Of a stretch of DNA of 43,448 bases, positions 25,208-37,241 are shown piece by piece; position 1 is the first letter of the stretch, and each line of letters opens with the position of its first letter. Below the pieces are notes generated by a model that saw only the letters and a program-made list of their open reading frames with translations, did not search any database and was not told where the DNA came from. Both the position numbers and the translations under genes were made by a program. The DNA lies in the NCBI RefSeq assembly GCF_006345805.1, contig NW_021835797.1, positions 1-43,448 of the forward strand, given 5' to 3'. The DNA is from Octopus sinensis (taxonomy: Eukaryota).

Positions 25208-25493
25208 AGAGAGAACGTAGCAAACAATGAATGAGATGGACATGGAATTAAGAAATCATATAAATAAAAGTACGCTAGAAAACCGGAAGTAAATATTTTA
25301 AAATCTTTGTAAGGCTTGAATGTAATATAAAAAGCAATATTTTTTTTGTTTTCAATAATTAAAAAAAAACAATTGAAGACCCCATTATATGTCCGAGGTT
25401 AAATTATTCATGCATCACAAGTATGGAAGTAATTAGTGAACCCACAATGGAAGTAATTGGTTTTCGCATGAAAAATGAATACGCAAACATCTC

Positions 25494-25526
<33 letters not shown>

Positions 25527-26225
25527 TATATATATATATATACGTGCACATTTCATCAGAGAGGTTCCAATTTCGAGTACACACAGTTCTTTGTTTTCCA
25601 TCACGAGCTCGTAAACCGAACCTGCTTTTATTTACTTCAAACGTTCATTTCGTATTTCAAAATATATTCAAATTGAATATTTCAAAAGAAAAGCAGGTTT
25701 CAGCTGCAGCTGGTCGGAAAAGAGTAACACTGAATACTGAAAATTGAAGCCTGTCAATTATAATGAATGAAACAACACACTACACTTGTATTAAGTCCTT
25801 TAATTTACCACTTCTTGTTGAATCAACACTGATACACACACAAACACAGACACTCACACACACACACACACATACACACACACACATATATATGTGTATG
25901 TATATATATATTATATATATATATACATACATGTATGTATGTATGTTTATATGTATGGATGACGAAGGCTAACAGAGCGAAACGTCGGGGTTAGTGTCTA
26001 TCCGTCTTGATAAAGATGAAGCTACATAAAGGATTGGCTTTTCAGTTTAATGTTAAATTAAACTTGAGCTAAAAGCTTAAAATAAACACACACACACTCA
26101 CACCCACACACACACCCACACATACGCACACACACACACACACGCACACACACACACACACACAAATATATATAATTACTAGCGATAAAAACACTATAAA
26201 TATCAAAAGGTAATATATATATATA

Positions 26226-26644
26226 TACTCTTTTACTCTTTTACTCTTTTACCTGTTTCAGTCATTTGACTGTGGCCATGCTGGAGCACCACCTTTTTAG
26301 TCGAGCAAATCGATCCCAGGACTTATTCTTTGTAAGCCTAGTACTTATTCTATCGGTCTCTTTTGCCGAACCGCTAAGTTACGGGGAAATAAACACACCA
26401 GCATCGGTTGTCAAGCAATGCTAGGGGGACAATCACAGACACACAAACACACACACCACACATATATATATACATATATACGACGGGCTTCTTTCAGTTT
26501 CCATCTACCAAATCCACTCACAAGGCTTTGGTCGGCCTGAGGCTATAGTAGAAGACACTTGCCCAAGGTGCCACGCAGTGGGACTGAACCCGGAACCATG
26601 TGGTTCGTAAGCGAGCTACTTATCACACAACCACTCCTACGCCT
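26226..26644 (-). mobile_element. SINE family A (full length)
   Basis: Reverse complement of 2206-2613, with a (TACTCTTT)n tail. Confidence 0.92.
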
Positions 26645-27261
26645 TATATTTATATATATATATATCTCACTTAAAGCGAATGCTTTCTTAGAACAAAGAA
26701 TACGGGTTAATCTTGAGATGACTTCACATACAGCTTCATGGTGCATAAATGCACCCGTGATTATATCGCTGACGGGAAATAACCATTCTCTACGGCTGCC
26801 GGAGCTGCCAGATCACGTAATTTTGCTCTACCTAGAGCTTGTCAATGACAGACGTCCAGCTAGACATTGCAGGCGATTTCCTCATCAGCGATATATAGAT
26901 ATATATCTCGGTGTCTGTTCAGGCACTGGGATTTCGAATATCCAATGGGCTTGTTTAAAAATAGGCAATAACGACAGAATCGGTGCCACTACCAAAAATG
27001 TAACATGCGAATGAGTAGACAAAGGAAAAGAAAAAGTGTTACTTAACACATTCGATAAGAGTTGTTTATCATGAAATACGTAGAAACCGAATAAAGCGAG
27101 TCTAAGATAACATCTTGATATTGGGCTGCTATTGGTTAACGCAGGTCAAATGGTGTTAGCAATGTATTGTTTACTCGTCCGTTATTGGTGGTGGTGGTGG
27201 TTGGTGGTGGTGGGGAGGAGGAGGAGGACAAACACAGGCACAAACACCCCCGTATGCATGC

Positions 27262-27307
<46 letters not shown>

Positions 27308-27314
27308 TATATAT

Positions 27315-27487
27315 GATAGATCGTTAGCCACTACACACATCTTTTACTCTCCTTGTTTTTTCTGTGTCCCTTTCTGTAGAAGAGCGTAGGCTCGAAACGT
27401 AAATACTTTTTCAATTCCGAGCGTTATACTAATACATCTGTTTGTTTTCTACACCACCTGTCTTCGTCTTTTTTTTTTTCGTGAATA
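27315..27487 (+). mobile_element. Short repeat with hammerhead-variant motif
   Basis: ttt-CTGTAGA-A-GAGC-gtag-GCTC-GAAA-CG-TA; reverse complement of 41677-41862. Confidence 0.7.
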
Positions 27488-27520
27488 GATGTGGCAACTT
27501 TTGAAATATTTTCGAGGTTT

Positions 27521-27593
27521 ATGCAGCTGATGAGGATAAATCAAGTATACGTTTGGCAAGCGTATTTTGAAAAATCCAAAACCGGTACTGCAT
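27521..27593 (+). ncRNA. Type I hammerhead-like motif with one core substitution (GAAA to AAAA)
   Basis: ATGCAG-CTGATGA-GGAT...extended hairpin...ATCC-aAAA-CCGG-TA-CTGCAT: 6-bp stem I, stem II, palindromic ACCGGT and GUA triplet. Confidence 0.7.
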
Positions 27594-27779
27594 TATCCGT
27601 TATCTAGGTTTTTCATTTTTCCGATGTTTTTCCTAGAGGTGAGACAATTTTTTTCATGTTTGTTGCACACACGCATCTTTACTAGTACATACGCAGTGAA
27701 GCTATACATTACCGTCGTATTTATTACGTTCGCTATTTTCAAGTAGATATCGGTGCTTAGTTGTACCATTCATTTATTA

Positions 27780-27853
<74 letters not shown>

Positions 27854-27861
27854 CATACATA

Positions 27862-28173
27862 TATTAAAATTATAAGTTAGGGTATCTACGAGATACCACC
27901 ATGCTGAAAATAGCAGCCATGATCTGACTCTAAAACCACTTGAATTGTCCATATATCAACACGGAGATAAAACAAAGAAACAAGATGAAACTAGTAAAAA
28001 ATTTACTGGATAATTCTATAAAAATTCCAGTAATTTTTTACTAGTTTCATCTTGTCTCTTAGTTTTCTCTTCGTGTTGATATATGGACAATTTGGGTGGT
28101 TTTAGAGTCAGATCATGGCTGCTATTTTCAGCATGGTGGTATCTCATGGATACCCTAATCTATAATTTTAATA
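27862..28173. mobile_element. ~310-bp near-perfect palindrome (fold-back element) next to (TA)n
   Basis: Arms of about 150 bp are reverse complements (gataccaccatgctgaaaatagcagccatgatctgactctaaaaccac versus gtggttttagagtcagatcatggctgctattttcagcatggtggtatc), centred near 28017. Confidence 0.9.
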
Positions 28174-28276
28174 ATTATAACCTTTGAATGTTATTTTTTC
28201 CATGCTGACCACTTGATAAAATCGTTGTTGTATTCTTAAAGTAACGATCTTATCCTTCTATATATATATATATACA

Positions 28277-28425
28277 CGATGGTATTCTTTCTGTTTCCGT
28301 CTACCAAATCTATTCACAAGGTTTTGGTCGGCCCGAGGGTATAATAGGAGATCAAAGTGCAACGCATACGTCTCACCCTGGAACTATGTGATTGAGAAGC
28401 GAACTACTTACGGCCCAAACACGCC
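28277..28425 (-). mobile_element. SINE family A head, diverged
   Basis: gtttccgtctaccaaatc...cacaagg...ttggtcggcccgagg. Confidence 0.65.
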
Positions 28426-28738
28426 TAGTTTATATACAGTATTTAGATGCAAGCTACTGTGGTTTCCTGGTGTGGAAACACGAGAGATAAGCAACTGTAT
28501 CTATCATACCTTGTGCTTGCATACACGCACACGAGCGAGCACATACATAGGCACACACACACACAGAGTAACACTCACGAACACTCATTCACACAAAAAC
28601 GCACTCGTACAATCATATAAAGAAAACCACATACTTTCCTGCATGGATGCGTACATAAGAGCCTCAAGAATTATTTAGAATCCAAAGGCTTGTTATTTAA
28701 ATCTGTCTTTATTGATTCTGCAGCGTGAATCTAATAGC

Positions 28739-29007
28739 AGTTCATATTCAAATACGACGTACATAATACTATAGTATTATGTACGCCGTATGATACACAC
28801 ACACACACACAAACACGTATGTATGTATGTATGTATGTATGTATGTATGTATGTATGTATGTATGTATGTATGTATGTATGTATGTATGCATGTATGTAC
28901 GGGTGTATGTATGTAAATATGTATATATATTTATGTATACATATACATACATACATATATATATTATATATATAGAGAGAGATAGATAGATAGATAGATA
29001 GATAGAT

Positions 29008-29044
<37 letters not shown>

Positions 29045-29130
29045 AAGATAGATATAGTTCATATTCAAATACAGCGTACATAATACTATAGTATTATGTA
29101 CGCCGTATGATACACACACATATGTATGTA
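28739..29130. repeat. Local duplication of a ~60-bp unit containing a perfect palindrome
   Basis: agttcatattcaaatac..cgtacataatactatagtattatgtacgccgtatgatacacac at ~28739 and ~29056. Confidence 0.9.
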
Positions 29131-29173
29131 TGTGTGTATGTATGTATATATTATATATATTTATGTATACATA

Positions 29174-29240
<67 letters not shown>

Positions 29241-30268
29241 ACATGCATACATACATACTTACATTCATACTACACTCTAATCATTTGAATGTCCTTTTCA
29301 GATCAGACTAACATACTAACATTAAGATACTTCCAACCATTCTGTCTTATGCTAATTTCAAACCCATCCAGTAATTACCAACCGATATAAAAGTCTTCTA
29401 AATTTCAATAATTCCAACCATATTATTTCCTCAGCTCCAAAATTATAAACCATCTTTAAAAAATCAGATATATTCATATTTGAATTGAATAAATTTCTGT
29501 AGAATACTCCAGACCAATTGTCCGTATCGGGATGTATTTCTTCCATCATTTTGTTTTATTACATTATTATGTTGTTATTCCATTTATTATTTTATTATTT
29601 TATTTTTTTCTACTTTACGTAGTCATTTATTTGTTCACTGGAGACAATAATTGCTAATGATGAAGCCTAAGGCTATTATGATTTTAAAATATGAGCATAT
29701 GTTACTCCAGACACCAAAGTAAGCATCTAGATGACAATAGCTTTAATATAATTAAAGTTTTTCAGATTTGCACACACTTAAACACACACACACTCACAAA
29801 CACACAGCACTCGTCCAGACTATCATACAAACAGTAACACATGCCTTCATACAATCATGCATACGTTCATACAAGCATATATCTGTTCTTGATTTAAAAG
29901 ATATTATTCAGATCTCTATCGATTTCAAAGAAAAATGTTCCAAATGTTCGGCCATTAGAACGACCTACTCATCGAATTAACAAATGGCTGAACATTCCAC
30001 AGTCTCCGTACCGTTAGCGTAATTCTGAGACCTATTCAGAGAAGACGCGAGTGACAATGCTGGCCATTTGCAGTACATTTATAGTGATCTCGATAGGCTT
30101 CCATACCTATTCCGTCAACCCGGTTTCATTCTAATGGCTTGTACGAAACAAAGAGCGCTTGTCTAACACGCTACACAGTGAGATAAAATCCTGCAATTTA
30201 AGATATATGTATTTATGTATGCATAAACATATATGCGTGTATGTATTTTGTGTGCGTCTTGTATATGC

Positions 30269-30305
<37 letters not shown>

Positions 30306-30409
30306 TGCGTGTGTGTGTGTGTAGGCAAACTCAAATATCGTCATCCAGAATAAGTACAATATAAAGAGTTAAGCAGTACCTATGAGACAGAATGACATAC
30401 ATGCACACA

Positions 30410-30452
<43 letters not shown>

Positions 30453-30836
30453 ACACACACATACGCACACACACACACACATACACACAATCAGAATCAA
30501 ACGCATATATACAAATACTACGGTCTAAATTTTGAACGGAGCTACTTCCTCAACCAGTCCTCGGTGATAAGCTGTTCTGTGACACATCAACAGTAAATTT
30601 CAGTATGATTTATAATTTTCTTATTTTAAATAGTCCAGAGTTCTTGTATTCCTGGCTAGAATGATTGAAATGTCTTACACGTAGGATTTCTTCCATTCGT
30701 ACACACAAAAACTTAACTGCGCTTGCAAAACACACATCCGTGCACACAGGTTCATAATCATTTACGCTTACACCTAAAAATGCATCTCAAAATAAATGTA
30801 TAAATATGATCTTACATTAGTGTGTATAATTGTTGT

Positions 30837-31042
30837 GACCACCTTCGGTCATGAGTGACAAAGTGATTGCACCTAGAGTTACCCTCCGAGGCACCCTAGA
30901 GTTACCCTCCGAGGCACAAGTCTGGGCAAGGTTGTTTATGGAAGACCAGCAGTTGCCCACGCATACCAGCCTCCCCTCTCTCCGCCACCGATGTTATCCA
31001 AAGACCGATACAGCTTGGCACCAGTGACGTCGCAGCTCATTT
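30837..31042 (-). mobile_element. SINE family E (RTE-like tail) fragment with internal tandem duplication
   Basis: Homolog of 3331-3532; cctagagttaccctccgaggcac is duplicated at ~30872-30918. Confidence 0.75.
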
Positions 31043-31044
31043 AT

Positions 31045-31342
31045 TCACGTGCGAGTGGCTGAGCACTCCACAGTACCCTTAACGTAGTTCTCGGGGAGAC
31101 TCAGCGTGACACAGAGTGTGACAAGGCTGGCCCTTTGAAATACAGGTACAACAGAAACAGGAAGAAAGAGAGAAAGTTGTGGTGAAAGAGTAGAGAAGGG
31201 TTTACCACCACCCCTGCCGGAGCCTCGTGGAGCTTTAGGTGTTTTAGCTCAATAAACGCTCAAAATGCCCGGTCTGGGAATCGAAACCGCGATCCTACTC
31301 CGCGAGTCCGCTGCTCTAACCACTGGTTCATTGCGTCTCCAC
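31045..31342 (-). mobile_element. tRNA-derived SINE, family C
   Basis: Head gggaatcgaaaccgcg...taaccactgg...tccac shared with 38093-38462; tail shared with 16733-16930. Confidence 0.85.
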
Positions 31343-31370
31343 AATATGTGTATGTGTATATATATATATA

Positions 31371-31433
<63 letters not shown>

Positions 31434-31434
31434 G

Positions 31435-31468
<34 letters not shown>

Positions 31469-31476
31469 ATATATAT

Positions 31477-31540
<64 letters not shown>

Positions 31541-31704
31541 GGCAGTTGCACACTATCAACTTAACGTGACAGTCCCATAAAGGGAATCACACCACCACTA
31601 TTAGCCCTAGGAAGCATCAACGCTTCCTGTCGGCTTCGACACATTTCCTGTGTCCTTATGTATACAAAGGGGAGACAAGTACCCCCAACAGCTAGGCCTG
31701 CATA

Positions 31705-31742
31705 CAGAGACATGTTTCTGAGTCTTGCTCGTCATCAGTCTG
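31705..31742 (-). ncRNA. Minimal type I hammerhead ribozyme candidate with intact core
   Basis: Minus: CAGA-CTGATGA-cGAG-caaga-CTCa-GAAA-CATG-TC-TCTG. Stem I CAGA/TCTG, palindromic ACATGT, GUC triplet; C.A mismatch closes stem II. Confidence 0.7.
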
Positions 31743-31947
31743 GAGTAGCATGGTCTGCTAGCTGAAGATGCCAGTCTAGGCTTTGTAAATTTTTTTTTTT
31801 TTTCAGGGAAGTTTATTCACTGATCACCAAAATAGAAATATTAAATTTCTAATATCTCAGAGAGATATAAGCGGTGGTGGAACGATAGAGCATACTGCTC
31901 TATCGATCCACCACCGTTCATATCTCGCTGAGATTTTAGAAATTTAA

Positions 31948-32009
<62 letters not shown>

Positions 32010-32893
32010 TATATACAAAACAAATACATACACCTATGTCTATACATACACGTGTGAATATCTTTGTGTGAGTGCCTAATGAGTGTGCATCAAATAATCG
32101 TCATAGTCACCAGTGTTAGAAGTGTGTGTGTGTGTTGTGTGTGTGTGTGTGTGTGTGTGTGGTGTGCGTGCGTGCGTGCCTGTGTGCGTGTTCGTGTGTG
32201 TGTTTATATGCGGAATTGCGATGTCAAGTTTCGACAACAGGGACACGCTTCTCAGAAACATTTTTCATGAAATAAAAATAATGACGACGAAGACGAGGAT
32301 GATGATGATGATGATGATGTGATGATGATGATGATGATGAAGGAGGAGGATGAAGATAATGATGATATTGACGATAACGATATCAGGGACATACTCTATC
32401 TCGATGAGTTGAATACAGATATGATTTGCCATCTGCATATGTCACTTCGTGTCCAATGAAGAAGTCAGCTATCTTTTAAAATATTCCCCTACATCAATTT
32501 TAAAGGGTTTCATGTTTTTTTCGGTTTTTTTCCTTTCATTTTTTTTCTTCTTCTATGCGGACACATCGAAATATTTTCTACACATTACAGTTATGCAGAA
32601 ATTTATGTCAAATGTTTGGAAGAAGTTCGAAACAATTTACACATACTCTGTTGCATTTTTGTTATTTATTTATTCTTTGAATATATATAGCCATTAGAAA
32701 TTCTCTGTTGCGATGACATTGTTATTGAGGAATGGGTTATTACTCTTTGTTTCTGGAATCCGACTACGATTACTGGAAATTCTACTTTTCTATGACAATG
32801 CTAAACATTCACATACATCTATGCCAGAACATCAGAACATTCGTTCATGTACAAGTGGTGTAATATATATATATATATAATATATATATATAA

Positions 32894-32940
<47 letters not shown>

Positions 32941-33357
32941 TGTGTGTAATGTATGTATTTATGTATATGTATATATTATATATACACACAAATACATACA
33001 TATATAATACATACATACGTATATATATATATATATGCATATTTACAAAGACATATATATATACATATATATACGTGTATTTATATGTGTCCCTCTCTTT
33101 ATCTTGTCCCTCTCTTTAATTCCTTTGCCCCTTTTTTCTCTCTGTTCTCTTCTCACGTGACCGCCGGTCAACTATAGCCTTTCGGCTTCTGACCAGCGCC
33201 ATAACAACACCGATATTTTCGTCTGCCGTAAGGCATAACTTTTCAAATACGCCAGCTAAGTTGAACTGTCAAAAGTCGAAAGACGACCGTTGTTTTTGTC
33301 CTGTTATTATCATTATTATTATTATTATTTTTGTATTTATATTCGTGTAACATCGTC

Positions 33358-33552
33358 CGTTTTTCTGTCCTTGTTTCGTATACATACGATGCTTTTTCCA
33401 AGAAATCTAATGCTCGTAGCTTAGTTTTTCCTTGGGGCTGGCCAGATCGGAGCAATCTCAAGATTAATCAGCCGAAATTGCGAGGATGATCCGTTTCTTG
33501 ACTGAAGATTAGAGGCTTCGAATGACCCGTCCGTTTTTTGTATCGTCTATTT
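33358..33552 (+). mobile_element. Linear copy of the element folded back at 1773-2189
   Basis: tctaatgctcgtagcttagtttttccttggggctggccagatcggagcaatctcaagattaatcagccgaaattgcgaggatgatcc matches 2005-2092. Confidence 0.85.
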
Positions 33553-34534
33553 AATGTTTTTGAAATTCTTCAAGTGTAGAAAATCCTGGTTTCCCGACAG
33601 TAACAGCGCTGTGTGGGTGTGGCGATAAGTAAATTATAATAAAAGTAATATGAAAACATGATTGGTTCGTCACAGTTGTTTCTGGCGTTGTGTGCAACGC
33701 CAGTTTATGCAAAAATTCGGAGTTAAAATCTACGTAATGTTTGCGGTTTTATCTGATTAATAATATATTTTATGATTGTGCGGCGGTGGTGGTGGGTGAT
33801 AATAATTCACCGTTCTAAAAGACCCGTGATGGGAATATTTAAACTTTTGCGGCTATCAACGCTTTCTCTCTATAGATACAGACAGACGTACATTGAGAGA
33901 GGTGGTGGGAGAAAGAGTGACAGAGAGACGGCGAAGCTGTCAAACGTCGTTATAGAGAGAAGGTGGAGGGAAGTGAGGAAAGACAGAGATCGAGAAAGAG
34001 AGGGTGATATCCGAAAGGGAGAAACGACAAGCACTTGTCCTAGTAACCACAACTTTGAGATAGTGGTTTCTAACCTAGTCCACTCATTTCCTCGCCTGTT
34101 TGTACATGTCTCTGTAAATTTTGGAGCCAATCCGACCCCATCTAGTGCCCTTAACCTGTTCCAATCCCAAAATGAGTCAAACAAACTTTACGCATTTCAG
34201 CTTTATAGATATTGATATATATTGTAATCAAGCAATGAAAATGTTCTATGAACATTCTGTCGCATTAAGATTTAATTTAAACTTTGAGAAGAAACATATA
34301 TTCATGTGGTTTACGTTTGTTGTTTGTTCCCGAACTTAGCATTAAAATCACTCACTTCTGATAACCTTTGCAATACTGACACAATTAATACGCTAACAAA
34401 TGTTACGAGGGCACGACCATATATAATATAGCATATGCACGTATATTAGTACGTAAGAATGCATATTTACACACACTCACACACACACACACATACACAC
34501 CACATATATATATAATATATATATGTGTATATAT

Positions 34535-34658
34535 ATATGAATAAAAAATGGAGTTAACGCAGGTTTAAACAAGTATTTTTACTTTCTACACATGTTTCTA
34601 AACATGTGTAAATAAAATACTTGTTTAAACCTGCGTTAACTCCATTTTTTATTCATAT
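34535..34658. repeat. ~124-bp hairpin/palindrome next to (TA)n
   Basis: atatgaataaaaaatggagttaacgcaggtttaaacaagtatttt pairs with its exact reverse complement at 34614-34658; inner stem tacacatgttt/aaacatgtgta. Confidence 0.9.
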
Positions 34659-35308
34659 TATTCAAAATATTCAACGTAAACACGAAGTTTCAACCTTTAT
34701 AAACAAGGAGTCAACATCTTTACTTGTGAGATTTTTGTGCTGCCCTGGTAACTGTTTATTTATTTTTCCGTGTTAATTGTTAACAAGGTAAAAATACACC
34801 ATCATTTATATATATATATTATATATATATAATATATATATATATATATAATATATGTATGTATGTAATGTATGTATTACTACAATATACATTACATATA
34901 ATTATCATTTTCTTGAAGTTATTCGAAAATTTAATACACCATACATATAATTATATGTACATATATATATACATATATACATATACATATACAAGTACAT
35001 ATATATGCGTGCGTTTGCGTGTAATGAATGCAATTCTTGAATGACCTTCAAGGAAACGGTAATTCACAAAGTAAATCAATAAATAGTAAATTCATATATT
35101 ATCGAAAGAAGATATGAGTTTATGCTTATGTCATAGATAGATAAATGGATACATAGACGCATAGCGAAAACGGAAGTCTATATCAGATATACATACGTAC
35201 ATACATATATATGAGTGTGTATATGTGTACCTGTGTGGGTACGTTTGTGTGTGCGCCTGTTTTTATGTAACGATATATGCCACATGTATTGATATATATG
35301 TATGAATG

Positions 35309-35344
<36 letters not shown>

Positions 35345-35755
35345 TTACAGAAATAATTTACATACATATCTTTAAAATGCATATATATATATACGTATAT
35401 TAGTCTGTTTGTGACTTTCACGTATATTGCACACACACACATACACCACACACACACACACACACACACACCACACACACACACACATCTCTATTTATCC
35501 GTGCCAGCATGAGACGTGTTTTCACACTTCCGCAGTAAAATCGATTTTAATAGAAAAGGAACAACTCCAGTGAAAGCGATAACACACAGGAAGATCATAC
35601 ATCAAAATATATAGAGAATGCCACCTTTACTCATACAGTGTAAGCAGAAATTTTTGCAGACGTTTTTTAGGTATAATTTTCTGCGGTTTCGTGAGCAAGC
35701 ATGTATGTTGCCACCATGAAATTGCCGAGAACGAATGGTTAACTGGTGATTGATA

Positions 35756-36190
35756 CTCTTTTCTACTCTTGGCACAAGGCCCGAAATTTTGGGGGGAGGG
35801 GCAATCGATTAGATCGACCGCAGTACGCAACTGGTACTTAATTTGTCGACCCCAAAGGGATGAAAGGCAAAGTCGACCTCAGCGGAATCTGAACTCAGAA
35901 CGTAAAGACACACAAAATACTGCTAAGTATTTCGCCTGACGTGAAAACATTTCTGCCAGCTCACTCTTTAAATATTCTTTCCTACTTTAGGCACAAGGCC
36001 CGAAATATTTAGGGATGGCGCCATTCGATTATATCGATCCCAGTAAGCAACTGGTACTTAAGTTATCGACCCCGAAAGGATGGAAGGCAAAGTCGACCTC
36101 GACAGAATTTGAACTCAGAACGTAAAGACACACGAAACACTGCTAAGCATTTCGCCCAGCGCGCTACCGTTTCTGCCACTTCGCCTTCTT
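35756..36190 (-). mobile_element. Two tandem SINE family B copies (35756-35962 and 35975-36190) flanked by a 58-bp direct repeat
   Basis: Both carry the reverse-complement family B core; direct repeat at 35698-35755 and 36194-36251. Confidence 0.88.
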
Positions 36191-36288
36191 ACCAGCATGT
36201 ATGTTGCCACAATGAAATTGTCGAGAACGGAAGGTTAACTGACAATTGATATTGTAGGATTTCTGAGCATTATCGAAGTAATACGACA

Positions 36289-36333
<45 letters not shown>

Positions 36334-36335
36334 TA

Positions 36336-36740
36336 GGCGCAGGAGTGGCTGAGTGGTAAGTAGCTTGCTTACCAATTACATGGTTCTGGGTTCAGTCCTA
36401 CTGCATGGCACCTGGACAAGTGTCTTCTACTATACCTCAGGCCGACCAAAGCCTTGTGAGTGGAATTGGTAGACGGAAACTTCAAGAAGCCTGTCGTATA
36501 TATATATATATCTGTGTATGTGCTTGTGTGTGGTTTTCCCACATGCACTCATGCAACATCACTTGACAACCGATGCTGGTGTGTTTACGTCCCCGTAACT
36601 TAGCAGTTCGGCAAAAGAGACCAATAGAATAAGTACTAGTCTTACAAAGAATAAGTCCTGTGTGTGATTTGCTCAAATAAAGGCGGTGCTCTTGCATGGA
36701 CGCAGTCATATGACTGAAACAAGTAAAAGAATAAAAGAAT
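36336..36740 (+). mobile_element. SINE family A (full length)
   Basis: Collinear with 2206-2613. Confidence 0.92.
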
Positions 36741-37033
36741 ATAATCATAAATTCTAGATGATTAATATGGAAGCCAGAGTGTACTAGAAGCTTTATTTAG
36801 GACAACGATCGTTTCGGCTTATTTCTGCACTGCTCCCTAGATCTAATGACATCGAATGCAGCCCATATTGCAGAAGAAGCCTGGTAGCCGCAAGCGGTGA
36901 ACGGGTTCTGCAGGCACACTAAAAGGGAGATACCCATAACATTTGAATACTCTACCTTAAAGTCTCCTACATAAGCTTTAGTTTTAAATAAAACTTTTAT
37001 TTATACATATATATTATATATATATATTATAAG

Positions 37034-37076
<43 letters not shown>

Positions 37077-37241
37077 TATATATATACATATATATACAAA
37101 GTATGAAGTGGGGGGTTAGTTCACAAGTGATCTAAACGATTGGGTACGCTAGGTAAGTGTGTTGTAACGGATTATTAGGGCTCCAAGGTTAGGCCGAGAC
37201 GGGTAGTTATGGAGGCACGCTCAGGGAAGGAAAGAAAGGTA

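Noticed and set aside
33682-33703. Perfect 9-bp GC-rich hairpin as a Helitron 3' end
   Set aside because: No CTRR terminus at the expected distance on either strand, and it is 10 kb from the helicase fragment.
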